A DNA stretch of 35,843 nucleotides from the NCBI GenBank assembly GCA_013115125.1, contig JABANN010000356.1, positions 1 to 35,843 on the forward strand, in the 5' to 3' direction. The notes under the pieces were generated by a model that had not been told where the DNA came from, did not search any database, and was given only the letters and a program-made list of their open reading frames with translations. Positions 23,738-35,650 of the stretch are shown piece by piece; the first letter of the stretch is position 1; each line of letters begins with the position of its first letter. A program made the position numbers and the translations under genes. Origin of the DNA: Perkinsus olseni. Taxonomy: Eukaryota.

Positions 23738-26700
23738 ATGTCCACCGACCCCGTAATACTCAAGGCCATATGCTCATGCATCTTCACAGAGGGTGACAGA
23801 GACCGATTGAGCTACTTCGAGATAGTCACTGTGAAGCGAGGCGACCGAGTGAAGCTGTGCTACCTGTGTCTTGGCCGCCATGCCTTCTACCTCCTCCGGA
23901 TGAACATGAAGGGCCTCATTAGCAGTGGGACAATCGAATATGATAGCATCGATAAGGTAGCCGTCGCCAACGTGTGCGAGTCGGTCTTAGCTGATTTGGC
24001 TAGGCTGTGGTGGACCCAGCTAACAACTCAGCAATGCTGCTGATCCTGATGGGGATAACTGAGTGGGAGGACAATCAGGTGGGTCGGTAGGCATACTGCA
24101 CCATCAGTATTATGCGCACACCTTATCGATTATGGTGAGGCTTGCCTACTTCGGATCCATCGAAGTTTAAGAGCTCGTAGTTGGGCCATGTCCATAGTGG
24201 AATTTTAGTACTGCGTGGATCCCTAACGGAAAGTGAAGTCTCTCTCAGGTCTCATTAGCGTCCGATGACCGCCATAATTTGCTGCTGCGCCTCGTTGTTG
24301 CATGGCAAACGCATCACATGTGGAAAAGCAACACGCTGCAGTACCTCCCTGTAGTGGAGTACTCACTTGCTCCCTCGCAACAGGTGAGCTACCGCAGCAT
24401 ATGGATTGTGGTTGTTGGTATGCTTTCGGGTAATTTCTAGCTTTCTTGGTGGATAAATCGTTCGGGCGAAAGATAGAAAGTCACACTACATGACGAGAGC
24501 GATGATCGAGAGATGATCATAGAGCGATATAGGATGGAAATTCTGCAGGTCTCGAGTTTCAACTTTGTCATCGTTTCCGCATGCGCCTTTCAGGTGCCAT
24601 CACGCATGCGGGTTCATCCCTTCAAAGGCTTCGCCAGGAAGGAAGTGGGAGGCTATTCTATTTTCCTCAGAGAAAGCTTTCAGGTGAGAGTGCCTAACAC
24701 TATGTGTGCTGTTTGGCAGTCACAGCCGCAGAAAATAGTTCAACCTCAATTTCAACCTGGGCTGGTAATACCAGCCAGAACAGAATTGAACCAGAAATAC
24801 CAGCCTGGTATTTCTGGTTCAATTCTGTTCTTACAGTTGGCTTCATTCTCTTCCTTCGTCTTTCTCGAACAAACTTCGCATGGTCAAGTCTTTCACGACC
24901 GCTTGTTGTTTTTTGCCCACCGTAGTTCCAATATATCTAGCTAATTCCTGGCCATGTGTCTGGTAAATTGAAGTGGATGCTCTGATGGGCCTCTCGGGGA
25001 CGGTCACCATGTGTGTGGGGTGCCCTGCGACCGACGAGCTGTGATATTTGCGGCCTTCCGTGGTGGCTCTGGCCACCACTCTGATCGCCACTGTGGTGGC
25101 CCACCACTGGTGGGACATATATCTGAGTCCAATGATCCTCGGTAGAAAGGCTTGTGTAGTTCTTTCGTCCCAATATGCTTTTCTTTGGAGGACTCGGAAA
25201 ATAAGCAGACCTTGATGGCGGTCTTTAATGATGTTAAACAACTCTTTCGTGCGGCGGGAGTATTAACCAGAGTCTTAACTCTGGTGTGCGGTACTAACAG
25301 AGCCACCACGCGAGCTGCTTGCGCTGTATTTGACGAGGGTATTCACATGGGGCAGATCATGTGCCATCAGGCAAAGATGCTCGTTGAGAAATAACCGTCG
25401 GTCAGTTGGACTTGAAACAGCTGAAAATGACCACGCTGATCATCAGCGGCTGAAGTTGGATTTAGAGGCATCTGATGGCAACCCCAACTCTGTGATTGGC
25501 ATTCACCCCATCAACTCGGAATCAGCGTCCAGTTGACATTACACCCGTTGAAGTTTCCACTCACCCCAGCTGCTGCGTAACTCCTCACGGCTCTTGCTAT
25601 CGAGCACACTCGGATGGGCCAAAACAGATTTTCGGCGTTCAGTGCTAGGCGTCCGAGAGCTCGTGATGAATCTAATGTGTCGGCTTTAGGAGCGGCCGTC
25701 TGACGGCTCCTACTTGGGGACCAGTAGGGAGTACAACTTCGTGGAGAGCAGAGGGATTGAGGTAAGCCCTTACACAGAGAGCTTGTAGGAGAGAAGCCTT
25801 GCTGCCTCTAGTGTAGGGTCCGAATCGAAGAGCCGATTCCCATTGACTGGGCGAAGGAAGAGATAGCTTTGAAGTGACCACAGGGCGCCATAGGAGCACA
25901 TGATATTCCTTGATATACGCTCGTGCGCTGCCACACTGGATGCCGTTATCCGGAGCGTGCCGTCTTCATGCTGTTCATGCAGAGCCCTCAGGTTTCTAGC
26001 AGTCGAAGAGAGGCTGAGAATGATTGATCAAGCCGGGACCTGGTTCAACGTCATCCAGTGAGTGCTCCTGTCCTGCTATTGCCTGATGGTGTCTGTCACA
26101 GAGACAAGCCTTATATGAAGCGTATGAACTTGAACGACGATCTGTCAGAATGGTCTGGTTGGGAGTTCCTCTCAAAGACGATGACCAAGGCCTCGGCTTG
26201 CGTATTACTACGACGGTGGGTTCCCGCGAGCTTGTGATCGCTCTCGAGGAATGACTGACACTTTGTTATCGTGTATCGCACAGGCATCACTTTTGATGCT
26301 CTACTGCTGCCTCCTGGCCTCAGGAAGTACACACCGCCCTTGATGGATAATAGACAAGATATAATAGTAACCGTACACTGCCCCACGAAGATCATGGGAA
26401 AGGGCAGGTGAGCGACTAGAGGGAGCAGCGTCGACGCCTCTCGACCACTCGTAATCATGCGCTGGTCGGTAGCGCATCGGGGGCGGCTTTTCCTCTGACC
26501 TCAATGGCCACCTTGGATGCCTCCAACATAAGGGCCGCGAGGGCTTTTCTGTCTCTAAGGTTCACGGATGATGAGCTGCTCACCGAGTGCCATATAATAG
26601 CCGACTCTATCACTTCTATGAATGCGACATCCACAGTGTAAGAATTTTACTTGTGGCGTTCACGTCGCTGGCCGAGTTGTTCGACAGTGGTTCGTGCATG

Positions 26701-29700
26701 GTTTGGCTTCTTCCTGATGTGCTGTGATTGAGGTACTGTGACATGCTGCAGGCCAAAGTGGATGCTCTCATGTTCAACTCAGAGGCCTATAAATGGCTGA
26801 ATTCTCGACTGGATGTGCGACCAAGCTTTGCGGTAGGAATTCTCACCGTGTAATGAACGGTACGGGGAACGCCCAGGTTCATTCTGCGGAAGGTACATGC
26901 CAAGCCTATCGTCGCTGCTGTGATCAGCTTGCTGCAGAGGGAAGGGCTCTTGCAGGACAGGAAAGTAGCAGGTTGAAAGATGGGCCATTTTGGCGAAATT
27001 GATACCCCGCTGGAACATCATAAATATCCTAACACTACTCATTTAATCACTGTCCCTCCAGGCGCGATGCGATGGTTGATACTCTGCTAGTCTCACAGCA
27101 CTCTCACGGACCCACAATCTTCATCATCAGGAGCTGCTGCACTCCATCGATGAGCGCCTCCCGACGAATTTGAATCTGTGTGATATGATTGAAGACCTCA
27201 AGTGGGCTTCTGTTGAGGTTTGTTCGGGGAGGACAAGACCCTATTTGTTCCTAAACTCGTCACCATACGCTGTGTAGGGGTTCGGGAATCTTCTCAAGAG
27301 TGGCAGCGTCGGCGACGATAATGCAGAGTACGATGCAATTCGCAATTCATGGTGAGTTTGACTTGGTGATAGCAAAAGTGGAGAACCCGGGCATCGATCC
27401 CGGTGCCTCTCGCTTGCTAAGCGAGCGCTCTACCATTTGAGCTAGTCCCCCATGCCCGTCGAGTGTATATTGGTGCCTGACTAATCTAAGGGAATATCTC
27501 CGCTGAAGGCCAGCCCTATTACTGTTGTCTGTACAGGTACAGTCGCGTGTCGTCATATGTTGCTTACTGTCTCGATGGAGGTCTTCTGGGGAGCAGACTG
27601 GCTCTCAAGCTCGTACTTGGATCCTTATGCGAGCTGCGCTCCCCGTCCGTTCGAGAGAGCATCTCATGTATACGTCGTCAATCGGAGAGGCCACAACCAA
27701 CTCCCCTCATTAGGTCTGTTGAAGTTCATCCTTCACCTGCGACCTCGCGACTTAGAGAAGCCGTACCAAGCCGGCGATGTCCGACATCTCATTGGCGAGA
27801 ATGGGTCCCTGATCAACTACACATTCAATGCACACGTCATGGAGGTCTGTTGATAAGCTGGAAGATTGTTCGGGAGGGCGCAATTCTATGAGTCCCCGAT
27901 GATATTAGGTACTTATAGAGACAGACTTGCTCATGTGGCTCGTCGGGATTGACGCTATGCCAGCTGGAGGATGCGGAGCGGGAGCGTTATTCTCGCTGAC
28001 GAACCGCCTTTCCCCGGCGATGGTTTTGTCTAATGTGCTCGGACACAGGGACTCAACTCACTGCCTCAAGATGTGCATCTGCCGGTGAGAAGGGCACCTG
28101 CTGAGGGTGGGAAGTAGGTGAATATTTTCCGCGATTTCGAGGGGTGCAGATGGCTTGATCTGGGCCAGAGATTCCGGCCGTTGTGTCTGCCAGGAAAATA
28201 TCTGAGATGACACAGACTGAAGAGATTACCGTTGCTAGCTCTGGCTCGACGACACCGGGATCGGCAGACCAACGTCCGGAAACGCAGGGCAAACCACTCG
28301 AGGTGAAGCCACGCGGCGGGAGGAGCGGGAGCTTAGTTTTTTTGATAAAGGGCTTGCTTTACGGTCACATTACTATTCGGGGTTGCTTCACAGCAGGAAC
28401 AGTTTCGCGTGGTCGTAGCATGTTATTTTGTCGAAGAGAGTCGCCAAATCAACTTCCGTAACTTCTCACGTTCCGCTGATTGTAGTTACTGGCTGCTACG
28501 CTCTTGCAACTCCTGCGGAAAGAAAAATGCGTGCTCCTAAGAGCCCAGGTGTCAGCTGCCTTAACTGGGATTATATCAGCCGATAGAAGCATGAAAAAGC
28601 CCTTAGCGGAAGCCGGATTGATGGAGCTAGCGGTGGATCTTCTCGACATCACGGTGAGTCCAAGGCTTAACGAAATCCTGTATATAAGAATAGGCTACGT
28701 CTTGGCATCCTCGTGAAGCCTCGATTGACCAATAGGAGGACCTCTAATATCTGCCAACAGCTTCGACGTCACCACTACGTCGCGTAGTGTGCGGGGGGTC
28801 TGCCCGGGATGAATTCTATCCGATAGAGTGTGGAACGCTGAGAATACTGGCCTCCCCTTCGGCTCAGCAGCCGATGGACGTCGTCCATTGGACGACGCCG
28901 TCTCGCAGCTTGCAGTCGTGACAGAAGCATGCTACTGTGTCGCTGTAGGATGACGGCTTATTATTGGCTGCTTTGAGACTACTCGAGTGCGTAGTGGACG
29001 AGTCAGACAGGACGAAGATGCTCGTATCACCGCGAAGTGTTCTTCGCCCTACAGTGGAGATTATCAAGTCTTATTGCGACACTAAGTGAGTCGCGACACA
29101 TACTTTCATTGTATACGCAGACCAGGTCCAAATCCACGGTGGTTGCACACGCGTGCCACCTATTGGCGGGCCTCTGTACTGATGACGCCACTCGAGCGGA
29201 GTGCATTGCGAAGTAGGCTGCCGCTATTGCAAGTTCCGGGAGATCGCTCACCGCTGCAGCGTTCTGATTTTCAAGGTTCCCGTCCCTCACAGATTGCGTT
29301 ATGCGGGCGTTTCGTGATGCCGCGTCGCGTAGTGCCGAACAAACGCTGTGCCTCCACGCCATTGATCGTCTCTGTCGGGGGCTTGACCAGGAGGGAGTGC
29401 TCAGCGTCCGGGACGCGGTGACTGGAAGTCTTATACGAGATCTCGGAGAGCTGTTCACTAGGCTGAGTGAGTGGCTTCGTGTGCATCTTATGGCGAGCTA
29501 CTGGGTCCTGTTCGTAACAACCATTACCATGTCTCCAACCGCTGTCGAGAATTATTCACGCCGATTATCGGTCCTGCTCGAGAGAGTATCCAAAGGCCAT
29601 TCAGAGTCGCTGAACACTGGCAGTATGTGCCATCAATCTGAAAAGTTCTATCCCCACCTGGGATACCAGGGAATTCGTATGTGCTGGCTAAACGAGCATG

Positions 29701-30190
29701 TCTTACTGTGTGACTGCTGCAAGTACGCATGATTTACTTTCCTCTGCGTCAGTTCCAGGCGCTGATAAACAGTGTGAAGGCCTCAAGAACGACCTCGAGG
29801 ACTTCCTCACTAGCTCCTTACAAGTCTTCGCCATGCTGGCGGGGGAGGGCATGGAGGCCAACTGTGTTTACCTCAAGGAGAAGGGATTACCTCACGTTCT
29901 GGTAATTACACTGGGGTGGCACCCAAAAAGCCGCCTGGGTCTCATACTAGAATTGCAGAACTACTGAGATCCGCCCAGATTTTGCTTGTGTGGTTCGGAA
30001 GTTGTTTTCATGAGGGTGGAATATAGTGACTGCTGGATGGGCGGTATGTCTGCTTCAGTCGGCGATGCGGTCGAGATTGCCGGAGGGGCTATCAGATCTT
30101 CATGCAAGAATCGCGGCATTGGACGAGCGTATCAGGGCAGGTGCTTCAGAACGCTCTGCGGCCTCCTCCAGGCTCATGGCTAATAGCTGA
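23738..30190 (+). CDS. Large multi-exon protein with C-terminal armadillo/HEAT-like helical repeats
   Basis: Exons MSTDPVILKAICSCIF..LCYLCLGRHAFYLL; SIFLRESFQ|ERPSDG; KPYMKRMNLNDDLSEWSGWEF; YTPPLMDNRQD; RVSSYVAYCLDGGLLGSRL; ARM-like AALTGII..LAEAGLMELAVDLL; final KGLPHVL|SAMRSRL...MANS* (TGA 30188-30190). Confidence 0.75.
24760..24831. repeat. Double palindrome (8-bp arms plus 27-bp arms), read as a hairpin-type transposon excision scar of TSD GCTGGTAT
   Basis: GGCTGGTA-a-TACCAGCC (24760-24776) abuts a perfect 55-bp palindrome at 24777-24831 centred on c24804. Confidence 0.85.
24845..25680 (+). mobile_element. Decayed Mutator-like (MULE) transposase fragment in a 1,006-nt intron (24684-25689)
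   Basis: Across stops and frameshifts: RLLFFAH..IEVDA (first Asp, 24976), SFVPICFSLEDSENKQTLMAVFNDVKQLF, LVC[G]TNRATTRAACAVF (expected second Asp is GGT at 25290), and QIMCH. Order and spacing fit the MULE DDE domain. Confidence 0.55.
25093..25114. repeat. Hairpin-type excision scar, inferred TSD GTGGTGGG
   Basis: GTGGTGG-c-CCACCAC-TGGTGGG, exact fit to 1-7, 8', 7'-1', 2-8. Confidence 0.7.
27379..27451 (-). tRNA. tRNA-Ala(AGC), antisense within an intron of the ARM-like gene
   Basis: 73-nt cloverleaf GGGGGACTAGCTCAAATGGTAGAGCGCTCGCTTAGCAAGCGAGAGGCACCGGGATCGATGCCCGGGTTCTCCA. G3:U70 Ala identity pair. TTTT terminator at 27374-27377. Confidence 0.96.
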
Positions 30191-30472
30191 TAATCCTTTC
30201 CCGCCCTCTGATGGACTTGTCGAGCAGAGTCAGCGATTACGCTTTCCCATTTTACCGGCGCTCACGGTACGCTGTTATTCTACAGGCCGCGGGCGGAGAT
30301 GGCTAATACTATACCTCGATAAAGTACATAGTAGCATACAGGTGAATGCGAAGGGGCTACCCTGCTGGTGCACTGAACTTGGTACTGCTGAGCTTGAATA
30401 TTCCCACAGAACTCACTAAGGAGATGGCTGATTGTTCTAGTCCAACTGTTCGCTACCTCTTTCCCATCGTCC

Positions 30473-33400
30473 ATGTTGAGATCTGCAACAACCGACTACG
30501 GCTCTCTATTGCGTGCGACAGTGTCCGCTATTGACAAGTTCGATCCGAACAGGCTAACTGTTGATGGTTACTTGGACGACTACTGTGAAGAAGTGAAGCG
30601 CGCGAAGGACGAAGTGAGTGGATCCTCCGACCTTACGGCGTCGCTCTCCTAGAACCTCCCATTCTCGGGGCTTTGAGCTTCTCCGCGAAAGAGGCAGAAT
30701 TCGCTTTTTGTGTCCAATGGTGTCGCATATGCGCAATCAGTGCACTCTAGAAATCGCGTACTCGAATGAGGGAACCAAATACATCGGAGAGGTTAGAAAT
30801 ATAAAGATGAATATGCTTGCGGGATACCACAGTGATTATATAGCCCAACGAGTTAGGGGGGATAAAACTATGTCGTGGGACAGCACCAAGGCTGATACAA
30901 CTTGAGTCCGCTGAGAGACATCTCTGAATATCCACACAACGCAATAACTATGATCATTCTACGATAGAATTTCTATCACAACTCCCTTATTCGCGGGAGA
31001 GCGAAGAAATCGAGCGCTTGACTGCAGCAGTGGATTTCAGGTGGAGGAAAAGTTCATCCGACAGTGCGTCTACGGATGCGTGAGATATCAGAAGTTCCTG
31101 AGAGTAGGGTCTCCTAGTCGCATGATAGTCGCTCCTTACGTATATTCAGATCTTCGTTACAGCGTTCCTCGAGTTCAGACCAGCTGTGACACAACGGGGA
31201 GAGCAAACCCTCTACATGGTGTGATGATCCACCCTGTCTGCAAGCTTCTCCCTGAGTCTCTTGCTAGGTCCTTGCCCACCTCATTTTCCTGCGCTTGAGG
31301 GAGCTTACGGTACCCGAGCTCGGAAGGTGAGCGATGTGTTGCTGTCCGTACTCCGCTCAGTAGCAGTCAGTAGCATTCGTTGCAATAACGAATCCAGCTT
31401 CTGGCCTGGGGCTAGCGGCAGTGGTTTTTGGCGAGTCAGCGTGGTTTCGGCTGTAGAGAACGGCGACTAGAAGCGTTGCAACCTTCGTCTTCCTTGGAGA
31501 CCGAGCCTCTCCGATATAAGGTTCCTCGATACCTGCTCCCCTCCAACAATGCTGGCGTTGTTGGAGTTCGCGTTCGATCGCTCGGCTGTGGAGTCCTGGG
31601 TCCATACTGAATGGGCGAAGATATACGATGAGAGGTTAGGCCTGCCAGTCATCTTCATGCGCAAGCCTTTCCTCGAAGGTTCATCGAAGAGTCCATTCTC
31701 AAGCCGATCGAGGACCTCAGACACGGTAGGACCCCTCATTAGCGAGATTTCATTCGAACAATTGATATTGAGATCTCCCGACTATAGCCAGCGATGCGGA
31801 AAAGGAGACTCGGAACTGCTAAGAATGCAAATCTGCATTAGCGGTTCTCACGGTCTCCCTTCCAATCATAGCGTTTTCAGAATGTGACACGTTGCTCAAC
31901 GCCGTATCGAGGAAGGCCACCGGGACCGATGCAAAAGTTGACCATAGCCTCCCACCTATCAAGCCGAGAATTAAGTACGCGTATACGGGCTTTCATCTCG
32001 GTCTCCGCTTCACCGCACCTTGCCGAGACTATCGCGTGTTGAGGCGACTGCTAGCCATTGCAGAGCCAGTGAATCGCAAGCGACACCGAGATACTCCTGT
32101 AGGCATACTGTACCCTCCCCCTTCCAACTCACTGAGCCGAAGCCAAGGCAGCTCCCCGTTCCGCGGGAGACGATCAAACCAGTGAGCGATTCACGACAAA
32201 TATACTATCGCCCCTCAATTGTTCGTCTTTAGGTGACAAGCAGGCCAGTGCCGGAATCTCTCAGTGCAAATTCGCTGCAGAAAATCAAAGTAGGCGTAGT
32301 TGTTATTAGGAAGTAAACTGCAATGCTTGGATTGTGAACATATACCAGAAGCGGGGGTCGAACCCGCGACCTTCTGCGTGTAAGGCAGACGTCATAACCA
32401 CTAGAATATCCCGGCTATGGCTTATTTATTCGAAATCGCGACGGGGCTTCGATCGTCGTATATTCAGATCTATCTTGCATTGACCAACGCGGTTCTGCGT
32501 ATGTAAATCATGTTCAGCGAAACCCCTCCTTGAAGCGAGAATCCTGGCGAGTCGCAGATTTTTAGCTTATGAAATTCTTTGGGTTGAACCGAAGATAACT
32601 ATGAGCGCCATCCCTCCCATACCGTTCCATGTAGGAGCAAGATGAGGCACGGCTACTGATGACGAAGGAAAAGACCCAGTCCAAGTATGGTGAAGATACA
32701 GTCCCGACCTTGGTCACAGCGGGCCGCGCAGCTGACATTGACAGCTTGCGGAAAGTGAGCGCATCAGACGCGTTCTGGAGAGTGAAGAGCCGCTACTTCC
32801 CATCACGTACGTATTTTCTTAGGAGATGGAGGATAAGCGATTCGCTGAGTGCACTTTCCAACCGAGTCCAGCGAAGCCCGTGCCGAAGGTCCTGCCAGAA
32901 TCCGAAGTGAAGGCCACGAGCGCTAGTTTACTCAGGTAGCTTTTCTGGGTGAGTGTGTGGCCAGGATTCTTCTCTAGCCGCTCCGTAAGCCCTGCGTAGA
33001 GTTCCTGTAGTTCCTGTGTTCCGTCTAATTCGGAAGTAGCAGGAAGGCTGGATAAATGGTATAGGAAATATAGGAGGCGTACAAATAGGCCTATCGGACT
33101 GAAGCACACCCTCATTGGCGAACAGCGCCCGGCCTTGTGACGAGTCACGTCACTCAGTGACGGTCACTGTGCCTCAGGGAGTACTCCCTGCTAACCAAGA
33201 AACAGGAACTGGAGCATGATATTCTCAGACAGTATCTGACTGAACTCAGGGATGCATCGGAGTTCCATGAGTAAGCTCCATCCAGGAAGGAAGCCGTGGA
33301 AGCTTTGATGCGTCAGTTGGCAGAACAGGATGTATGCCCAAGATGAGCTTGATGAGAAGCTTCGGCTCGAACGCCGCAAGGTTTGCTGCTTATCGGCAGG

Positions 33401-35508
33401 AGGACACGAAGGCCTGGTTTTCTCAGCTTGAGATGCACTTAGCCCGAGAGCAAGCGGCAGAGGCCTCGAAAGCGCACCACAGGCGAAATAATGTGATGGC
33501 AAACATTCAGAAAGAGACTGTCCGTGAAAAGTTGGAGGAAACCGAGAGGGAGATCGAAGAGGTGCCCGTCCTTGGGAAAGTTCTAGAATTATCAGTTCGG
33601 CCTTCAGGCACTTGACCGCAAGCGCGACCTGGTATCGGTGGTGCAGTCCGAGGTAGTCCCTGTCCGCTTCATTGACGTATGTTGTTCTTAACTCTCAGCG
33701 TGACAACCCACGAGAAGCTGAGCGGAGAGTCATTGAATCGAAAGCAATGGAGGCTGAGAGGGTTCGAGAGGAAAAGGCGAAAGAGTTCGAAAGGAAGCGG
33801 CTGTAAGTGGGCAGTGTCTCGAGATCAATCTAAATGAGCTTGAAAAACTGCGTAGCTCAGCTGTTCTGGATAGAATTTCCTCCTCTTCAGCGAAGACGAG
33901 TACGAGATGGAGAGGCGTCGTGACATAATAATGCAGATCAGAGCGTTGGAAAGAGTGAGCGTAGTAAGACTGTTGCAACAATTACTGCTGTGAGATGAGT
34001 CGTAGGTGAAAACGTTGCCATACGATCCGTCTGAGATCCCGCATCATGGCCTGCTAGAAGAAATGTCTCTGGCGGAGCTTAAGGAGCGGCTGAAGCTAGC
34101 GAAGGAAGCTGATGAGGCCGAGCGAGAGAACAGGTTGGCAGCTCACGGATCATGTGCAGCGTTGCCGCTATGATATCCGCTTACAGGCGAGCGCATAACC
34201 TCGAGCAAAAACGGATCAAGCACGAGTCCCTGCTGGCGAAGGCTGAACAGTTATCGACAGTCCGACAGCAAGCCCGTATTGAAGCGGAGGAGAGGCATCG
34301 CAAGGAGGCCCGGATGAAGGCGGAAGTAACTTGCCTGGCTGGAAGCGACACTCGACGCGATAGGCTGGGAGGCGTTCCGACAAAGAACTGAATCGGTAGT
34401 AAAGTATTGTATTTCAGGAAACGGCGTTAATGCAAGAGCTGCACGAGAAAGCTGTGGTTGAAGTGACAGAAAAGATAGCCGAGAAAAAGCGGCAACGATT
34501 AGCGGAGGAGCGAAGGTTGCAAGAAGTACGTGCTATCGAGTTCACAATCATGTGTGTTTAATCGCTCGAAACTTCCGTCCGTCTTCGCGTACTGTTCAGG
34601 AACTCAGAGAAATTACTAAGAAGAGAGCAGCCTTGGCCGAATCAGCGAAACTTCTCACTAGAAAGCGCCATGAGGAGCTCCATAAGGGCCGCAAAAGGTG
34701 ATGAGCGAGGTCCTACATGCTTTCATGACAGGCGCCCGGTTCGCGTCCTTCGTGGTGCAAGAATTCTCGTCTACTGGGGATAGCTTGAGCGCTGCGCTTG
34801 ACTAGTTGAGCGTTAAAATAGCCGACTTTTCTTCTACTAGGGAAGCTTCTCACCGTCAGAAGACTGTTCTTAATGACAAGTCTGAAGAGATGAAGGTAAG
34901 GCATGGGAGGGCTCCTCAATAATGCTGATCTGGTCGCGTTCCTGGCAACGGCTCGGCTGAGTTCGCCAGATACGCCACGGTCCGCTAAGTTGATTTGGCC
35001 GCCGTGTGCAAAGTCAGCGAACCATATCCTACAGGTATTAGCTCGATCGAAGGCAATAAGAGAAGCCAATGTTGCGCGAAGCCAAGCGGAAACAGAAGAG
35101 CTCAGGAAGAAGTAATAGGGGCTATCACAGTGATAGCCGTGATCGTGTCACGACCCTACACTGGCTCAGCGTCTTGATGATGGAGCTTTGCCACTACCGG
35201 TGCTCATCCTTAGATGTAATCGTTCATACTGTAGTTAGCGGGCTTGGCGGAAATGAGAAAAACTGCCGTGAATATTTTCGCAAAGGTACGACGTAGCCAT
35301 GGCGCAAGCTAGAGCAGAGGACGATTATCGCCGTAGCGTCACGAGGAGAGCTGTCAAGGGAGCGCATGCGATGCAGCGCGCCCAGGATGGAGCATTATCG
35401 AGACTAATGGCAGAGGCCAAGCCCTATACAGCCAAAGCAAATAGCAGAAGTATCGAAAATGCTCGATCACTCGCATTTCAACCCCGAAAGCATGCCCACG
35501 GATGTTAG
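30473..35508 (+). CDS. CFAP99: Cilia- and flagella-associated protein 99, multi-exon
   Basis: MLRSATTDYGSLL..FDPNRLTVDGYLDD|VEEKFIRQCVYGCVRYQKFLR|IFVTAFL..QTLYM; ESWVHTEWAKIYD; SRKATG; PFQLTEPKP; ECTFQPSPAKPVP; REYSLLTKKQ..ELRDASEF; YDPSEIPHHGLLEEMSLAELKERL; coiled-coil tail to TAG 35508. Confidence 0.85.
30956..30977. repeat. Hairpin-type excision scar, inferred TSD ATTCTATC (CFAP99 intron 1)
   Basis: ATTCTA(c)-g-ATAGAAT-TTCTATC, 21/22 fit to the pattern. Confidence 0.7.
32343..32415 (-). tRNA. tRNA-Val(TAC), antisense in a CFAP99 intron (32290-32634); possibly impaired
   Basis: 73-nt cloverleaf, anticodon arm TCTGC-CTTACAC-GCAGA, intact GGTTCGACCC B-box. T at position 10 breaks the 10-25 pair. 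No oligo-T terminator adjacent. Confidence 0.88.
33148..33169. repeat. Hairpin-type excision scar, inferred TSD CGTCACTG (CFAP99 intron)
   Basis: CGTCACT-c-AGTGACG-GTCACTG, exact fit. Confidence 0.75.
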
Positions 35509-35592
35509 TGTCTTCTAGAGAGTTTGTTGGTGTTGTAGAGTATTGCCTCACTCAAATTTCACCTCGAATAACAATATGACGCTGGCTGGCAC

Positions 35593-35614
35593 ATCAGGAC
35601 TCCTGATTCAGGAG
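35593..35614. repeat. Hairpin-type excision scar, inferred TSD ATCAGGAG (3' of CFAP99)
   Basis: ATCAGGA-c-TCCTGAT-TCAGGAG, exact fit. Confidence 0.75.
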
Positions 35615-35650
35615 TGAACCTAGCACACCCATGGCTTGATGAAAGCATCC

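Noticed and set aside
24843-25241. Minus-strand ORF resembling a pogo/DDE_1 transposase (KAYWDERT)
   Set aside because: Single short motif; the plus strand gives a better ordered MULE match
35291-35308. Second SL-like word (CGTAGCCAT-GGCGCAAG)
   Set aside because: Explained by a CFAP99 splice acceptor plus coding sequence
35574-35645. SECIS element 3' of CFAP99
   Set aside because: No properly spaced AA loop or GA quartet and no in-frame UGA seen; the hairpin is explained by the excision scar
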